A stretch of DNA of 64,000 nt from positions 192,001 to 256,000 of the forward strand of contig CAWJKT010000006.1 in the NCBI GenBank assembly GCA_963843375.1, read 5' to 3'. Positions 10,443-21,370 of this stretch are shown here, one piece after another. Position 1 is the stretch's first letter, and each line of letters opens with the position of its first letter. Source of the DNA: an uncultured Pseudomonadota bacterium. Lineage in GTDB: Bacteria > Oederibacteriota > Muellerivitia > Muellerivitales > Muellerivitaceae. The notes beneath the pieces are model-generated. The model saw only the letters and a list, made by a program, of their open reading frames with translations. It did not search any database and had not been told where the DNA came from. The translations under genes and the position numbers were made by a program.

Positions 10443-10997
10443 GAGTTTCTTTCTTCCCATCCTCGGGAATTTTTCCCGAACTTTTTCAATCAACTTTTGC
10501 CTTGCCCGGAACAATCCCGAGGTGACACTTCCCACCGGAATCTTCAAGCGGTTCGCGATGGATTCGTAGGAGAGTCCCTTGAGTTCCCGCAGGGTGATCA
10601 GTTCCTTGTCCCGCCCCTCCAGTTTTTGGATTTCCTCCCGTAGCATCTGCAGGGCTTCTTCCGGATAAGGCGTTGTCTGTTCTCTAGACGGGTGACCGGC
10701 GAAAAAATCCACTGAAAAAGGCATTGTTTTTTTCTTCTTTTCCAATAAATCCCGGCAAAGATTAACCGCGATGTGGTTCATCCATGTGGCCAAAGAGCAT
10801 TCAAATCGGAAGTTTTCGAGGTTTTTAAGGGCCTTTATGAAGGTTTCCTGGACTATATCCTCGACTTCACTATCGTTTCCGAGGAAATACCAGCAGGCGC
10901 GGATGAGGGCTTTTTTATGCGTATCGTAAAATTCTTGGAAAGCGGCGGAATCGCCCTTGAGAATGCGCTTAACGAGTTCCTTTTCGTTTGGATTCAA
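10426..10997 (-). CDS. ECF RNA polymerase sigma factor
   Basis: Region 2 EDIVQETFIKA...WMNHIAVNLCRD and region 4 LSYESIANRLKIPVGSVTSGLFRARQKL; GAGG-N-TTG start at 10997; stop inferred (reads in frame into the next gene as assembled). Confidence 0.8.
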
Positions 10998-11113
10998 GGA
11001 ATTCCTCAAATAAGGACTTAGGCATATGGATCCGTTAAAAGATGGTGAAATTATACAAAAGAAAAGGCGATTAACACATTGCGCAGGGAAACAAAAGAAG
11101 ACGGAAATATTTT

Positions 11114-12984
11114 CTACTGACCCAATTGACTGAGGACCTGCAATCGTCTCGTTGACCACGGCAATCATGCGGGAATCGGTGTCAAAACTTCTCTGGGCAA
11201 GGATCATATTCGTAAGTTCGGTCGTTAAATTCACGTTGGATCCTTCCAAGGAATCGTCCTGGATCGTTCCAAAATTACCTTGTCCCGCCAGTCCCACTTC
11301 GGAGGATCCAGCGTTGGCGGACGGAGTAAACTCGTTGTTTCCGACTTGGTTCAAGCCGTCGGGGTTTTGGACTTGTTCTAAGGGCACCTGGGCCAAACTC
11401 ACGGTTTGACCGTTGGAAAAAGAACCTTGGATAATCCCACGTCTGGTTGATATTCAGCCCTTGGAGGACTCCTTCCGCGATATCCGTCCTGTGAAGAAGC
11501 GTAAGGGGTGTTATTGGGCACATAAGTGTTCACCCCGTTAAGGATCTGGTAACTGCCATCTGCGTCGCTATAAAGACCGTTTCTTTCGCCCGTGCCCAAT
11601 AACCCGAAGGTTCCGAAATTAAGGGTGATCGGGGTGATTTCGGCCCCTTCGGTGGGAAGGGGAGAAACCGGCGGATTAAAGTTCGCCGGAGGGAGGTAAA
11701 TCCGGGGCATGGTCATGTAATTCGCGTTCAATCCCGGTGGACCCAGTACCCCTCCGACTCCCCCGCTGGAACCCAGCGAGCCATCGGTATTAAACCAAAG
11801 GAAATCCCCGAAAAAATCCTGTGCCGGCAAATCTCGATTATAAAAAGGGTCGACCCCTCCCCAATTCCGGTTCCGCCCAGCAGATCCGCGGTGGAAACAG
11901 GCTGACCTCCCGTCGTGTCAAAGGCATACCAAGCATAACAAACCTGGTTGGGGCCATCCGGATTATTGATGCCGTCCGCGCCCAGGTCATTCACTTGGTA
12001 AAACTGGACGGTAATCTGCCGGGGATTGCCTACGGAATCATAAACCGTTTCCGTAACCTGCGCGGCGGGAGGCGTGGGGGGCTGTTGATCCCAAACATAA
12101 CTTCCGGCGAAGGCCTGTACAAAACCCAGGTTAACAAATCCGTTTTCCAATGGCGCCGGGGGCGGGTTAACCCCTGGGATAAAATCCGAGAGATCCTCCA
12201 GTTGCTTCAGGGCGAATCCACCCGTAGGCAACGGCTGGATGGTCATGCGGGCCGGATCAATGGCATTGGCCGCCCCAATGTCCGCGATCGTCAGGCCAAC
12301 GGGAAGGCTGGGCCCTCCGCCAAAAATACCTCCCGGAAACAAATTCAAAACGTTGGGCTGCTGGAAGGCATCCAGGTTTCCTTGAAAATCAACTTCCGTG
12401 GTGGCCTTGGGCGCAAGGGTCATGCCCTGGTTGATCTGGATGGAGGTAAGGCCGGAGGTATCATTTGAATCCAATGTTAAGTTCGCTTGGGTCACCGTCA
12501 ATGGCTGGCCGGGGACGTTGGAAGTACTATTGATAAAATCCTGGTTATATTGGTAGGAAGCCTCAATGCCTTGAATACGATCCCCGTTGGGATTGACCAG
12601 ATAACCCTGACTGTCAAAAGTTAGGTCGCCCGCACGGGTCAAAAAGCTTTGGTTCCCTTGCTTGGCGACCAAAAATCCATTCCCTTGGATGGATATATCC
12701 GTAGCGATCCCGGTATTGATCGTCGTTCCCTGGGTAAAGATTGTTTCAATCGAAGCCAATCGGGTTCCCAATCCAACCTGTTGCGGGTCGACGCCGCCTG
12801 ATCCGTCCGCGGGATTATCACCCAAACCTTCCATAAGTGTTTGGCTGAGCTGATCGGAAAATTCAGCACGGCTGGCCTTAAAAGCCACCGTGTTGACGTT
12901 GGATATGTTGTTTCCAATCACGTCCAGCCATTGGCTGTCGGATTGCAAACCGGAAATAGAGCTGAACATGGCTTGAAGGCCCAT
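11114..12984 (-). CDS. flgE: Flagellar hook protein FlgE (split over several frames by apparent indels)
   Basis: N-terminal ISGL...LDVIGNNISNVNTVAFKASR, TRAGD, VYDSVG; C-terminal LEGSNVNLTTELTNMILAQRSF; one-base correction gives ..QVLSQLGQ* at 11114. Confidence 0.85.
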
Positions 12985-13225
12985 GAAGACTCCGCCAATA
13001 CAAGATTTTTCAGGATCGAATGTCGTTTAAGCGCAGTAATCCAAATCAACCTAACGGGTTTTTTCTTTAAAACATGAGTTCATTTTGTTTTCAAATAAAG
13101 AAAAAGCCTAAGCTTGTGGATAACTTTTGGATCCAAAAATCTTCAAAAAAGCTTCAAAAACCGTGAAATGGTGACGCACCTTCCTGTTTGTAAAATTCCG
13201 AGGACATTTCGCCCCTATTCAAAAT

Positions 13226-13262
13226 AAAAAAAGCCGGCCTCCCCGAAGGAAGAACCGGCTTT
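13226..13262 (-). terminator. Intrinsic terminator after the SET-domain gene
   Basis: AAGCCGG..CCGGCTT stem with an adjacent A-run on + (T-run on minus). Confidence 0.65.
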
Positions 13263-13284
13263 ATTCGAAAAGCGAAGTTTCGAA

Positions 13285-13788
13285 TTAATTGGAAGCGGCT
13301 GTCATCTTTTTGCGGTATTGAGGCCCGACTTGAACCATTCCCGAGCAATTAGCCGAACCACACTGGCACTTGAACTCATAACTCCAATTGCCCACATTGT
13401 CGGTATGGCGGTAATCCCAGCTGATTTCTTCCCCCGCAGGAATGTCCCGGGTGGAGATCAGAACGATACCGTTAACGACCTTGGCACTCGGATCACAAGC
13501 ATGGTTTACGAAACAAAGGGGATCACAACCATTCTCATAATCATGAAGCATGATGAAACCCGGATAAATGTACATCGCATGGTCAATGTTTAATCGATCC
13601 GCGGGAACTGTCCGGGCAAGGGACTCAATTTCTTCCTCGGGAATGACGATCCCGCCGAACACTCCGACGACTTCATTTTCCTTAATGTCACGTACCGCGT
13701 AGACACCCTTCCCTTCCATACCGCTTTGTTTGACTTCCACTGCGTCGCTAACCCAAGGCTTGATTTTCATTGGATTTTGTTGAACCAT
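13285..13788 (-). CDS. SET-domain protein with post-SET motif (putative protein-lysine methyltransferase)
   Basis: GKGVYAVRDI, FVNHACDP, RDIPAGEEISWDY and C-terminal CQCGSANC; exact start uncertain. Confidence 0.85.
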   Translation of the reverse strand: MVQQNPMKIKPWVSDAVEVKQSGMEGKGVYAVRDIKENEVVGVFGGIVIPEEEIESLARTVPADRLNIDHAMYIYPGFIMLHDYENGCDPLCFVNHACDPSAKVVNGIVLISTRDIPAGEEISWDYRHTDNVGNWSYEFKCQCGSANCSGMVQVGPQYRKKMTAASN

Positions 13789-13983
13789 CCTTTTAACAGT
13801 TTGGCCGGTCCCCAAACCCGGTCCTTAATGGGGGAGATTCTATCGCAAACCCCCCGGCGGGTTCATCGGTTCTTTATATTTTTTTAGGCCATTTTTAAAG
13901 GCCTTTTGGGGGTCGGCAAGGCAGGGAAACCCCTCCCAGCCTCGAAGCTCCCGGCGGATTCCCTCACCTCCGGGGCCTTTGTT

Positions 13984-14451
13984 TCAAATATGGCAGGAAC
14001 CCAACCCTCGTTTGGCAAGATACTGTTGATGATAATCCTCAGCTTTCCAAAAAATAGCTGCGGGAACAATTTGAGTCACAATCGGACTCTTGTATCCGGT
14101 CTTTTGAAGTTTTTCCTTGGACTCCTTGGCGGCCTTTTCTTGTTTTGAATCATGGAAAAAAATCACCGACCGATATTGTGTGCCGATATCCGGACCCTGT
14201 CGGTTCAAGGAAGTCGGATTATGGCTGCTCCAAAACAAATCCAATAATTGCTCGTAGGAAACCTTTTGGGGATCAAATTCGACCTGGACCACCTCGGCAT
14301 GGCCGGTGCGATCGGTGCAAACATCCTTATAGGTAGGCGCATTAGTATTTCCGCCTTCATAACCAACCGCAGTTGAAACAACGCCCTTCATTTGTCTAAA
14401 GGCCTCTTCCACTCCCCAAAAACATCCCGCTCCAAAGGTGGCTTTTTCCAT
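13984..14451 (-). CDS. msrA: Peptide-methionine (S)-S-oxide reductase
   Basis: [28 protein letters not shown]. Confidence 0.95.
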   Translation of the reverse strand: MEKATFGAGCFWGVEEAFRQMKGVVSTAVGYEGGNTNAPTYKDVCTDRTGHAEVVQVEFDPQKVSYEQLLDLFWSSHNPTSLNRQGPDIGTQYRSVIFFHDSKQEKAAKESKEKLQKTGYKSPIVTQIVPAAIFWKAEDYHQQYLAKRGLGSCHI

Positions 14452-14540
14452 GACATCCCTTTCTACCTTTTCAATTTAAAAAAACAAACCGAAACAAGGT
14501 TCTTTTGTAGTCAATACCTTCTCGAATTTAAAGAGGTTAC

Positions 14541-17500
14541 TTATTTTAGGATTAAGAGTTTAGAAATCCAACGGTTGGTAGGCGTGGTGACGACCACGTA
14601 ATAAAGGCCGTTTGCGCCTGATTCCCCGATAAAACCAGATGGATCTAGGCTGAAATTAAATATTCCGGCAGGTACAAAATGGCTCGTGTTCTCATAAACC
14701 TTCCGGAAAGCCGTGGTGAAAACCTTCACGGTTAAGTAATCGTGGGGATTGGTTAAAGAAACGGACAAAGTTACCGTTCCAGGACCTTTCAAGGGATTAG
14801 GAAAGAGAATAGGAGTGGGAATCACGACAACCGTTGTTGTTTGGGTAACGTTTGGCGTCAATGTACCTGAAACCGTGAAAGTTGGAGTAAAGGTGGGGGT
14901 TGTACTGGGTGTAATGGTCGAATTTGGTGTAACGGTGCCTGAAGGAGAAGCCGTTGGCGTCGAGGTATAACTCGGGGTAGCTGTATCGGTAGGGCTGTTG
15001 GTGGGAGTAGCCGAATCGGTATTGGTGACGGAGGAGGTCGAAGTCAAGGTAAGGGTATTGGTAACGGTGGGCGTCGGAGTGCCCGTAGCGGTAGAAGTTG
15101 AAGTCCAGGTCAGATTAGGTGTATCGGTCACTGTGAAGGTGGGAGTAAGGGTTGGGGTGGAGGTGGGTGTTCCAGTCAAAGTAGGGGTCGATGAAGGGGT
15201 GTCGGAGGGAGTGGAACTCGGGGTAGCGGTAATTGTGGGACTATTCGTTGGAGTGAAGCTGGACGTGGAAGTGGGCGTAAGGGTAATGGTTGAAGTAACG
15301 GTAAAAGTCGGGGTTAAAGTCGGGGTTCCGGTTTGAGTGGGAGTTTCCGTGATAGTGGATGTTGGCGTCAACGTAAAGCTGCTGGTGGGAGTTCCAGTAT
15401 CGGTAGTGGTGGCCGTTAAAGTGGGCGTACCGGTCAAAGTATTGGTCGGGCTGTTTGTGAGAGTGGCGGTAATTGTTGGAGTTCCAGTAGAAGTGGATGT
15501 GATGGTGATGGTGGGTGAATTAGTGGGCGTAGCCGTGACCATGTTTGCCGGACAATAATTGGCATAAATCGATTGATACCCAGTGGTGTAGGTTGGAAGC
15601 ATCGTCGCGGCGACGGTGGGATAAATCCAGGAGGAAGGATTGACAACAAAAGCCGCCGAGTTTTGGGTCACAGAGGCTTGATAAACAAAGGAATATTGCG
15701 TTACCGGATAACTGGAAAAGATATAAGCCAACCAATAGTTTCCAGCCGTCACGGGGGATGCGGGGATCGGAAAAACGTTCCAACCTGCTGTTAATATTTG
15801 GGGACCGGGGCCCGATTGGTTTACCAAGTTTGCCATAGTAGTCGTCGCGGCGTTGTTGGAGAAGAGAGCGACATTCGCCTGAAATCCCGCGTCCGCCGGG
15901 GGAACGTAAAGAGAAATGGTGTCTACCGTACCCGCGGAAGTAACGGGATAGCAGCTAGCCCACATTTCAGCAACATCAGAGGCGTAAACCGGCGTGGGAG
16001 TGATATTGGTACTCCCAAAAAGCAGGGCGGAAGCTCCGCAAACAGGAGTCAGGCTCAGGTTGGGAGTCGCCGTTATGGTGCTGGTATTCGTGGAACTGGG
16101 AGTGCTGGTAAAGATTGTCCCGGTAATGGTGGGTGTCGAGGTAAAGGTAGCGGAGGGGCTTGCAGTGGGAGTGCTTGTATTTACCGTACCAGGGCAATAG
16201 TTGGCCACCATAGGTTCATAAAAACCACTTCCATATTCGGAGACACTCGATCCATTGGAAGGAAAAGTCCATGAACTCAGAGGTGAACTATAGGCGTAAA
16301 TAATGGAGGTTCCCCCAACGTAGTCTTCAATGACGTTTAAAGCACTGACGGGACCAGAATAGTCATAAGCCAGCCAATAATTCCCTGCCGTTACCGGAGT
16401 ATTAGGAACTGAAAAAGAATTCCATCCAGCCGTTGAAAGCTGATAGGTAGCGGCTTGGGCCAATAAATTGCCCATCGTCGTGGTTGATTGATTGTTGGAG
16501 TAAATAGCCGGTTCAACATAAAAAAGACCAGCGTCCTGTGAAGGCAGGTAAATCGACATGGTTTCAATGTCTCCCGACTGGGGCATGTTATATAGAAAAG
16601 CGATCATTCCAGTAGAGGCGACTACCGTTTGGGGTGAAGCGCTTGATACCGTTGCTTCCCCGAAGAAGGTGGCCGATGCCCCACAATCCGGTGTCAGACT
16701 GGGATTCGGGGTGTTTGTTACAGTCAAAGTAATCGTTGCCGTAAGGGTGTTAGTGGGAGTCGAGGTAGGTGTGGAACTGGGCGTGTTGGTAAAAATGGTT
16801 CCCGTAGCGGTTGGGGAAAATGAAATGGTCGCTGTTGGACTAAGGGTAGGAGTATTTGAAGCGGTGAGCGTAAAGGAGGAGGTAGGTGTCGCTGTGGGCA
16901 CTTCGCAATAAACCGCGTAAATTGCATCCGAAATATAAGGAGAGACCGAGTCATAGGATATGGTTGTCGGCATGTTGGCAGGCATGGTTCCCGCGCTAAA
17001 CGTAACGGATCCCGAGGTATAAGCCAAGCCATTGGCAGTCGTCGAAGAAGCTGTAACAACCTCATAACTTCCGGTCGTATCGTAACAATAAGCCAGCCAA
17101 TAAGTTCCAGCCGCAAGATAAGTAGGCGTAATGGAAATCCCATTCCATCCTTCAATGGTTGTCTGGGGGGCCGACGAAACAACCAGGCTTCCAATATTGC
17201 TCGCTGGACCGCTGTAAATTCCTGCCATGACTTGGACACCGGAAGCGGGACAATCCAACCACAAGCTGTAAATCGACGCGGGCACGCTTAAACTAAACAT
17301 ACTGGCTCTCATGGTATTGGTGGAGGTTCCAGCGGGATTTCCCACGGTGACTCCCATGGTGTGAGCCAAAGCCCCACAAGGCGGAGTTAAAGTCGGATTA
17401 GGCGTAAAAGAATTGGTCGGGGTATTGGTGTCGGTGGGGGTACCGCTTGGAGTTCGGGTGGGTGTTAGGGTAGGCGTGTTGGTAGGGGTGTGGCTGGCCG

Positions 17501-17609
17501 TGGTGGTTGGGCTATTGGTCGCAGTGTTCTGAGCGAAAGTAAGGACCGGAAACGCCAAGAACATGAGCCATACAAACGATATTATATAAAGGCGTCGAGC
17601 CGAAACCAT
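14541..17609 (-). CDS. Secreted Thr/Ser/Pro-rich multidomain surface protein with T9SS-CTD-like C-terminus
   Basis: Signal peptide; three Cys-bracketed domains with GWN...AGxYWLAY; long TPT linkers; C-terminal LFPNP...VKVFT...GLYYVVV...KLLILK. Confidence 0.75.
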   Translation of the reverse strand: MVSARRLYIISFVWLMFLAFPVLTFAQNTATNSPTTTASHTPTNTPTLTPTRTPSGTPTDTNTPTNSFTPNPTLTPPCGALAHTMGVTVGNPAGTSTNTMRASMFSLSVPASIYSLWLDCPASGVQVMAGIYSGPASNIGSLVVSSAPQTTIEGWNGISITPTYLAAGTYWLAYCYDTTGSYEVVTASSTTANGLAYTSGSVTFSAGTMPANMPTTISYDSVSPYISDAIYAVYCEVPTATPTSSFTLTASNTPTLSPTATISFSPTATGTIFTNTPSSTPTSTPTNTLTATITLTVTNTPNPSLTPDCGASATFFGEATVSSASPQTVVASTGMIAFLYNMPQSGDIETMSIYLPSQDAGLFYVEPAIYSNNQSTTTMGNLLAQAATYQLSTAGWNSFSVPNTPVTAGNYWLAYDYSGPVSALNVIEDYVGGTSIIYAYSSPLSSWTFPSNGSSVSEYGSGFYEPMVANYCPGTVNTSTPTASPSATFTSTPTITGTIFTSTPSSTNTSTITATPNLSLTPVCGASALLFGSTNITPTPVYASDVAEMWASCYPVTSAGTVDTISLYVPPADAGFQANVALFSNNAATTTMANLVNQSGPGPQILTAGWNVFPIPASPVTAGNYWLAYIFSSYPVTQYSFVYQASVTQNSAAFVVNPSSWIYPTVAATMLPTYTTGYQSIYANYCPANMVTATPTNSPTITITSTSTGTPTITATLTNSPTNTLTGTPTLTATTTDTGTPTSSFTLTPTSTITETPTQTGTPTLTPTFTVTSTITLTPTSTSSFTPTNSPTITATPSSTPSDTPSSTPTLTGTPTSTPTLTPTFTVTDTPNLTWTSTSTATGTPTPTVTNTLTLTSTSSVTNTDSATPTNSPTDTATPSYTSTPTASPSGTVTPNSTITPSTTPTFTPTFTVSGTLTPNVTQTTTVVVIPTPILFPNPLKGPGTVTLSVSLTNPHDYLTVKVFTTAFRKVYENTSHFVPAGIFNFSLDPSGFIGESGANGLYYVVVTTPTNRWISKLLILK

Positions 17610-17730
17610 TTCCCTTCCCTTTCAAAAGCGTGGTTATTCTAACGGCTTTTAAAGGGAAAACTTGATAAAACCAATTGGCGGCTGGCAGTTATCGTTATCC
17701 AAAAAGTCGTATAACCGGCAAAACAGGCTA

Positions 17731-18444
17731 TTATTCGTTCGCCCAATAAACCACTAAGTCCCCCACGAAAACCCCCGGACCATTCTCTTTAATCGTCTCA
17801 AGCCCAAGATCCAACTCAAGCCGTTGTTTCAATTGGCTATTATTCAGTTGAAAATTCGCCTTTAGATTCAATGTGGCTCGAACCTCGAAATCAATCTTGA
17901 TCTTGGGGAAATTAGGTTTAGGCGGATAAGGGAAAATAAGCCCGCATCGTCCGGTTTTCCTCGGATTTAGGAGGTTTATTGGATTTGGATGCGTCCGTGG
18001 CCGCCACAATCCGGTATACGCTGACCGCATTGGGGTCTTTAAGATTTCCCTGAATAGCCTTAAACCAGCCAGGATATTGTTCCGGATCCACCGGGGAATA
18101 GACCATATCCAGTGGATGGACTTCGGCCTTCCCGCCTTGCGAATCATCATTCACCAAAACTCCGCTGATATAAACGGGTTTACTTTGCATGTTTTGCACG
18201 GAATGCAAGAAGTTCTGCCGTCCCGAAGGCTCCAAGCTTTACCTTGAGATCCAGATGTCCGCTGGAATTCGCCGCTTTGTTACGATTCAATAGGTACTGC
18301 TTGTCATCTGGAACAAACCTGACGGAGAAATCACCTTCTGGGCTTACACCTGGAACGTCCGGTAATTTTACCGGCGATATTGGAAAGATAAACATTACAA
18401 TCCACAAGGGTGTTTTTCTTGCCGAACAAGTCCATTAGACCCAT
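17731..18444 (-). CDS. Hypothetical protein broken by about three apparent frameshifts
   Basis: Consecutive overlapping minus-strand frames running from MGLMDLFGKK.. to ..VVYWANE*. Confidence 0.45.
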
Positions 18445-18662
18445 AAAACCCTTCCCTTCCAAAACTTTAAAATTACCTGGCCATTGGATGATTAATAATA
18501 CACCCTTTTTAGGGCTCCACCACCCTTTGACCTCAATGGGTAAATAACCCTTGGGAATTCCACCTTTAAAACAACTTCAAATAAAGCCTAACCTTATATG
18601 GAAATTACCCTATTTCCTCCCCTAATCTAGGATCCATTAAAAAAACACTCGGGGAGTTCCTA

Positions 18663-19650
18663 ATGGAAAAAAGAAAATTGGGTCAGCAGGGCCTGGAAGT
18701 CCCGGCTTTGGGTCTGGGTTGCATGGGGATGAGCTTCGCTTATGGGAAGGCTGATGAGTCCGAATCCCTTCGAACCCTCGACCGTTCTTTGGAGTTGGGA
18801 ATCAATTTCTGGGATACCGCCGAGGCCTATGGTCCCTATCTAAACGAGGAATTATTAGCCAAAGCCCTCAAAGGGACGACGCGAAAAAGTGGTCATCGCC
18901 ACCAAATTCGGATGGAAGAATGGCTTGTCCAAACCCGAAAACCTGGATGGCTCGGCTCAAAATGTTTATCAGGCAGTGGAAGGTTCCCTCAAAAGATTGG
19001 GAACCCACTACATCGACCTACTTTACCTCCATCGTCTGGATCCCAAAACACCCATTGAGGAAACGGTCGGTGCCATGTCCCAGTTGGTCCAGGAAGGGAA
19101 AGTAAAATATATCGGCTTAAGCGAAGTCGGCCCTCAAACTCTGCGCCGGGCCCACCAAGTCTATCCTCTCACGGCCCTCCAGAGCGAATACTCCCTTTGG
19201 GAAACAGGCGTAGAAGAAAGGGTACTTCCTACTTTAAGGGAATTAGGTGTTGGTTTTGTTCCCTTCAGTCCCGTAGGCCGAGGTTTTTTGACCGGGGAAA
19301 TCAAAAAATTCGAGGACTTGGGGGAAAATGACAACCGACGAAACCTACCCCGTTTCCAAAGGGAAAATTTCCTGGATAACATGAAGCTCGTAGAAGAGGT
19401 AAAAAAATTAGGGGCTGCCAAAAATTTTTCAGCCTCCCAAATTGCCCTTGCTTGGCTACTACACCAGGGAAAGGACATCGTTCCAATCCCTGGCACCACC
19501 AAAGTCAAACACTTGGAAGAAAATGCCAAAGCCACCGAAATCCGGTTAGGCACTGAAGACCTCGCAAAGATCGGCCAAATCCTTACGGGGATCAAAATAT
19601 CTGGAGCCCGTTATGGGGAAATGATGGGCAAGATGGTGAGTTTGGAATAA
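18663..19650 (+). CDS. Aldo/keto reductase (one apparent +1 indel at 18873-18875)
   Basis: LGLGCMGMS, WDTAEAYG, IATKFG, IDLLYLHR, IGLSE, PIPGT; removing one G restores KGRREKVVIATK. Confidence 0.9.
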
Positions 19651-19663
19651 GCGTCTCTAGGAA

Positions 19664-20443
19664 TTATGGTGCTTTAGGAGTCGTCACGGGTGACTCGGCA
19701 AATTGAGTGGTGGCATTGCCATAGAAGGTCATGGTTCCGGTATGAGATAAGCGGCTTTGAAGATCGATCCACAGTTCCCCGCCCAAATCGGTCCATCGGC
19801 GGCAAAAGCTGTAATCCTCACTTAAATAAATCCCGGTTTCCCTGTCGACAATACAATTAAAAAGCCCCGATCTCCACTTGCTTCCCCGAAGAGGATCTTC
19901 CGCCTGGTGCTCCCGGGTGTAACGAAGATCCGGGTAGGATTCGACCATCTTGATCAGTGTCGCCCTTTTAACCATCATAAAACCCGTTCCAGCGTACCGG
20001 ACTTTAGCGAACCCGTTTTTGGATTCGATCTTGGCGGGGTCCTCGAACTCCAAGACATAAGACAAAGAGGCGGATTCTAGATTGGCCATGCCGGCCTTAG
20101 CCATCAGTCCCACTTTCATCCAATCGATGCGCTTAGTGGGATAAACCCCGGCCACCAAATCGGCATTAAAATCCAATAACCGGAAAACTTGTTCGGGGTC
20201 AAAAGAAATATCGGCATCCACGAACAAAAGGTGGGTTCCGGAACTTTCGAGGAAATGCGCCGCGACATTTTGTCGGGCGCGGGTAATCAGGGCATCCCCC
20301 GATAGCATATTGACGCTTAAGTCAGTATTGCCTCGTTGGAGACAAGCGTGCTGAAGCCGCATGAGAGATGTGGTGAAGAGACTGGTGACCAGGCCGCCAT
20401 AACAGGGCGTTCCGATAACCAGGTGAGTGCGGGGTTGGGACAT
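19664..20443 (-). CDS. GT-A fold glycosyltransferase-like protein
   Basis: IGTPCYGG, LITRARQ, HLLFVDADISF (DxD), GTGFM, YLSEDYSFCRRW. Confidence 0.65.
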   Translation of the reverse strand: MSQPRTHLVIGTPCYGGLVTSLFTTSLMRLQHACLQRGNTDLSVNMLSGDALITRARQNVAAHFLESSGTHLLFVDADISFDPEQVFRLLDFNADLVAGVYPTKRIDWMKVGLMAKAGMANLESASLSYVLEFEDPAKIESKNGFAKVRYAGTGFMMVKRATLIKMVESYPDLRYTREHQAEDPLRGSKWRSGLFNCIVDRETGIYLSEDYSFCRRWTDLGGELWIDLQSRLSHTGTMTFYGNATTQFAESPVTTPKAP

Positions 20444-20781
20444 GCGCTTATATTACTGAAATTCCTTGGCCTTTGCAGGCGGAAAAGCTAAGCCTTTTTC
20501 CATCCAAAAAAGATTATTTTCTTCGTGATAAATACATCCTGCGACTCCTGAAAGCCAAATAGACTTACGGAGTAAATATACCTATCCCATCCATTCAACC
20601 CAGGAAGTGGAAAACGGTCTAAACTTTATCCTCAATGAGTTTCAAAGCTACATTCCCTGGTAGTTCGATAACCCCAAAACCGAACCCGGGCCATAATTAT
20701 CCTCTATTTACCGTATTCTTGGGGCACAAGGACTATACTCAATGAGTAAACAAAATCTAGCGACAGAAGGAAAAAACCAAT

Positions 20782-21042
20782 ATGGAAATCCAAGAAAATG
20801 ATTTGGGAAAAATCGTTCAATTACCAGTCAAACCCGAATGGGGTTTGGGAATCATCAGCAAGGTGGAGAACCGTTTCGCTTTCATCATATTCCGAAGCAC
20901 GGAAGAGAAAACCGCCAAGAAATACTACCGAGTTGAAAATCCGTTGAAGTTGGCTTCCGATCAGGTACAACCGGATCTTACGAAACGGGCTCGTGCGAAA
21001 AACAAGAAGGTCAAAATCGTCGTTGCCAGGCCGGCTGAATAA
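20782..21042 (+). CDS. Small basic hypothetical protein (DUF3553-like)
   Basis: V..P.KPEWGLG.I motif; AAGGA RBS upstream. Confidence 0.5.
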   Translation: MEIQENDLGKIVQLPVKPEWGLGIISKVENRFAFIIFRSTEEKTAKKYYRVENPLKLASDQVQPDLTKRARAKNKKVKIVVARPAE

Positions 21043-21370
21043 AAGAATTAATACAACCGATAAACAACCTCAACTTCCGTTCCCCAATTACTAGTCCCCT
21101 CTAATAATCCAGTGGAAGCGATGGCTTTCTTTACCGAATAACCAAATTCCAGCCTTTAGCTGGCATTTTTTTCTTATAATCAGTTTTACCTTTTGATAAG
21201 AATAAATTAGCCCTTTCATCAGGCTACCCCTTGTTGTATATCAACTGGCGGAACAATCTTCAAAATGGGCTCCTTAACGAAAGGAAGGTGCATACCATCC
21301 AAATTGATCCAAGGCACTCGAATGAATGGAGCCATTCCACTTACAACTAGCCTATCTTTTAACCTTTGCC

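Noticed and set aside
9444..11402. 652-aa ORF that looks like a FlgE-sigma-anti-sigma triple fusion
   Set aside because: Single-base corrections give a normal FlgE end (..QVLSQLGQ* at 11114) and a normal sigma end (..FPEDGKKETREIHA* at 10426) overlapping a GTG start. The linker translates like intergenic DNA and indels are common in this window.
14749..16911. Val/Gly-rich + strand ORFs and apparent repeat array
   Set aside because: Antisense shadows of the Thr/Pro-rich coding strand. There are no nucleotide-identical repeats with spacers, so this is not CRISPR.
21050..21370. A further att copy bounding the helicase/dcm islet
   Set aside because: Only a 6-nt TGGCGG match near 21246 was found, too short to support.
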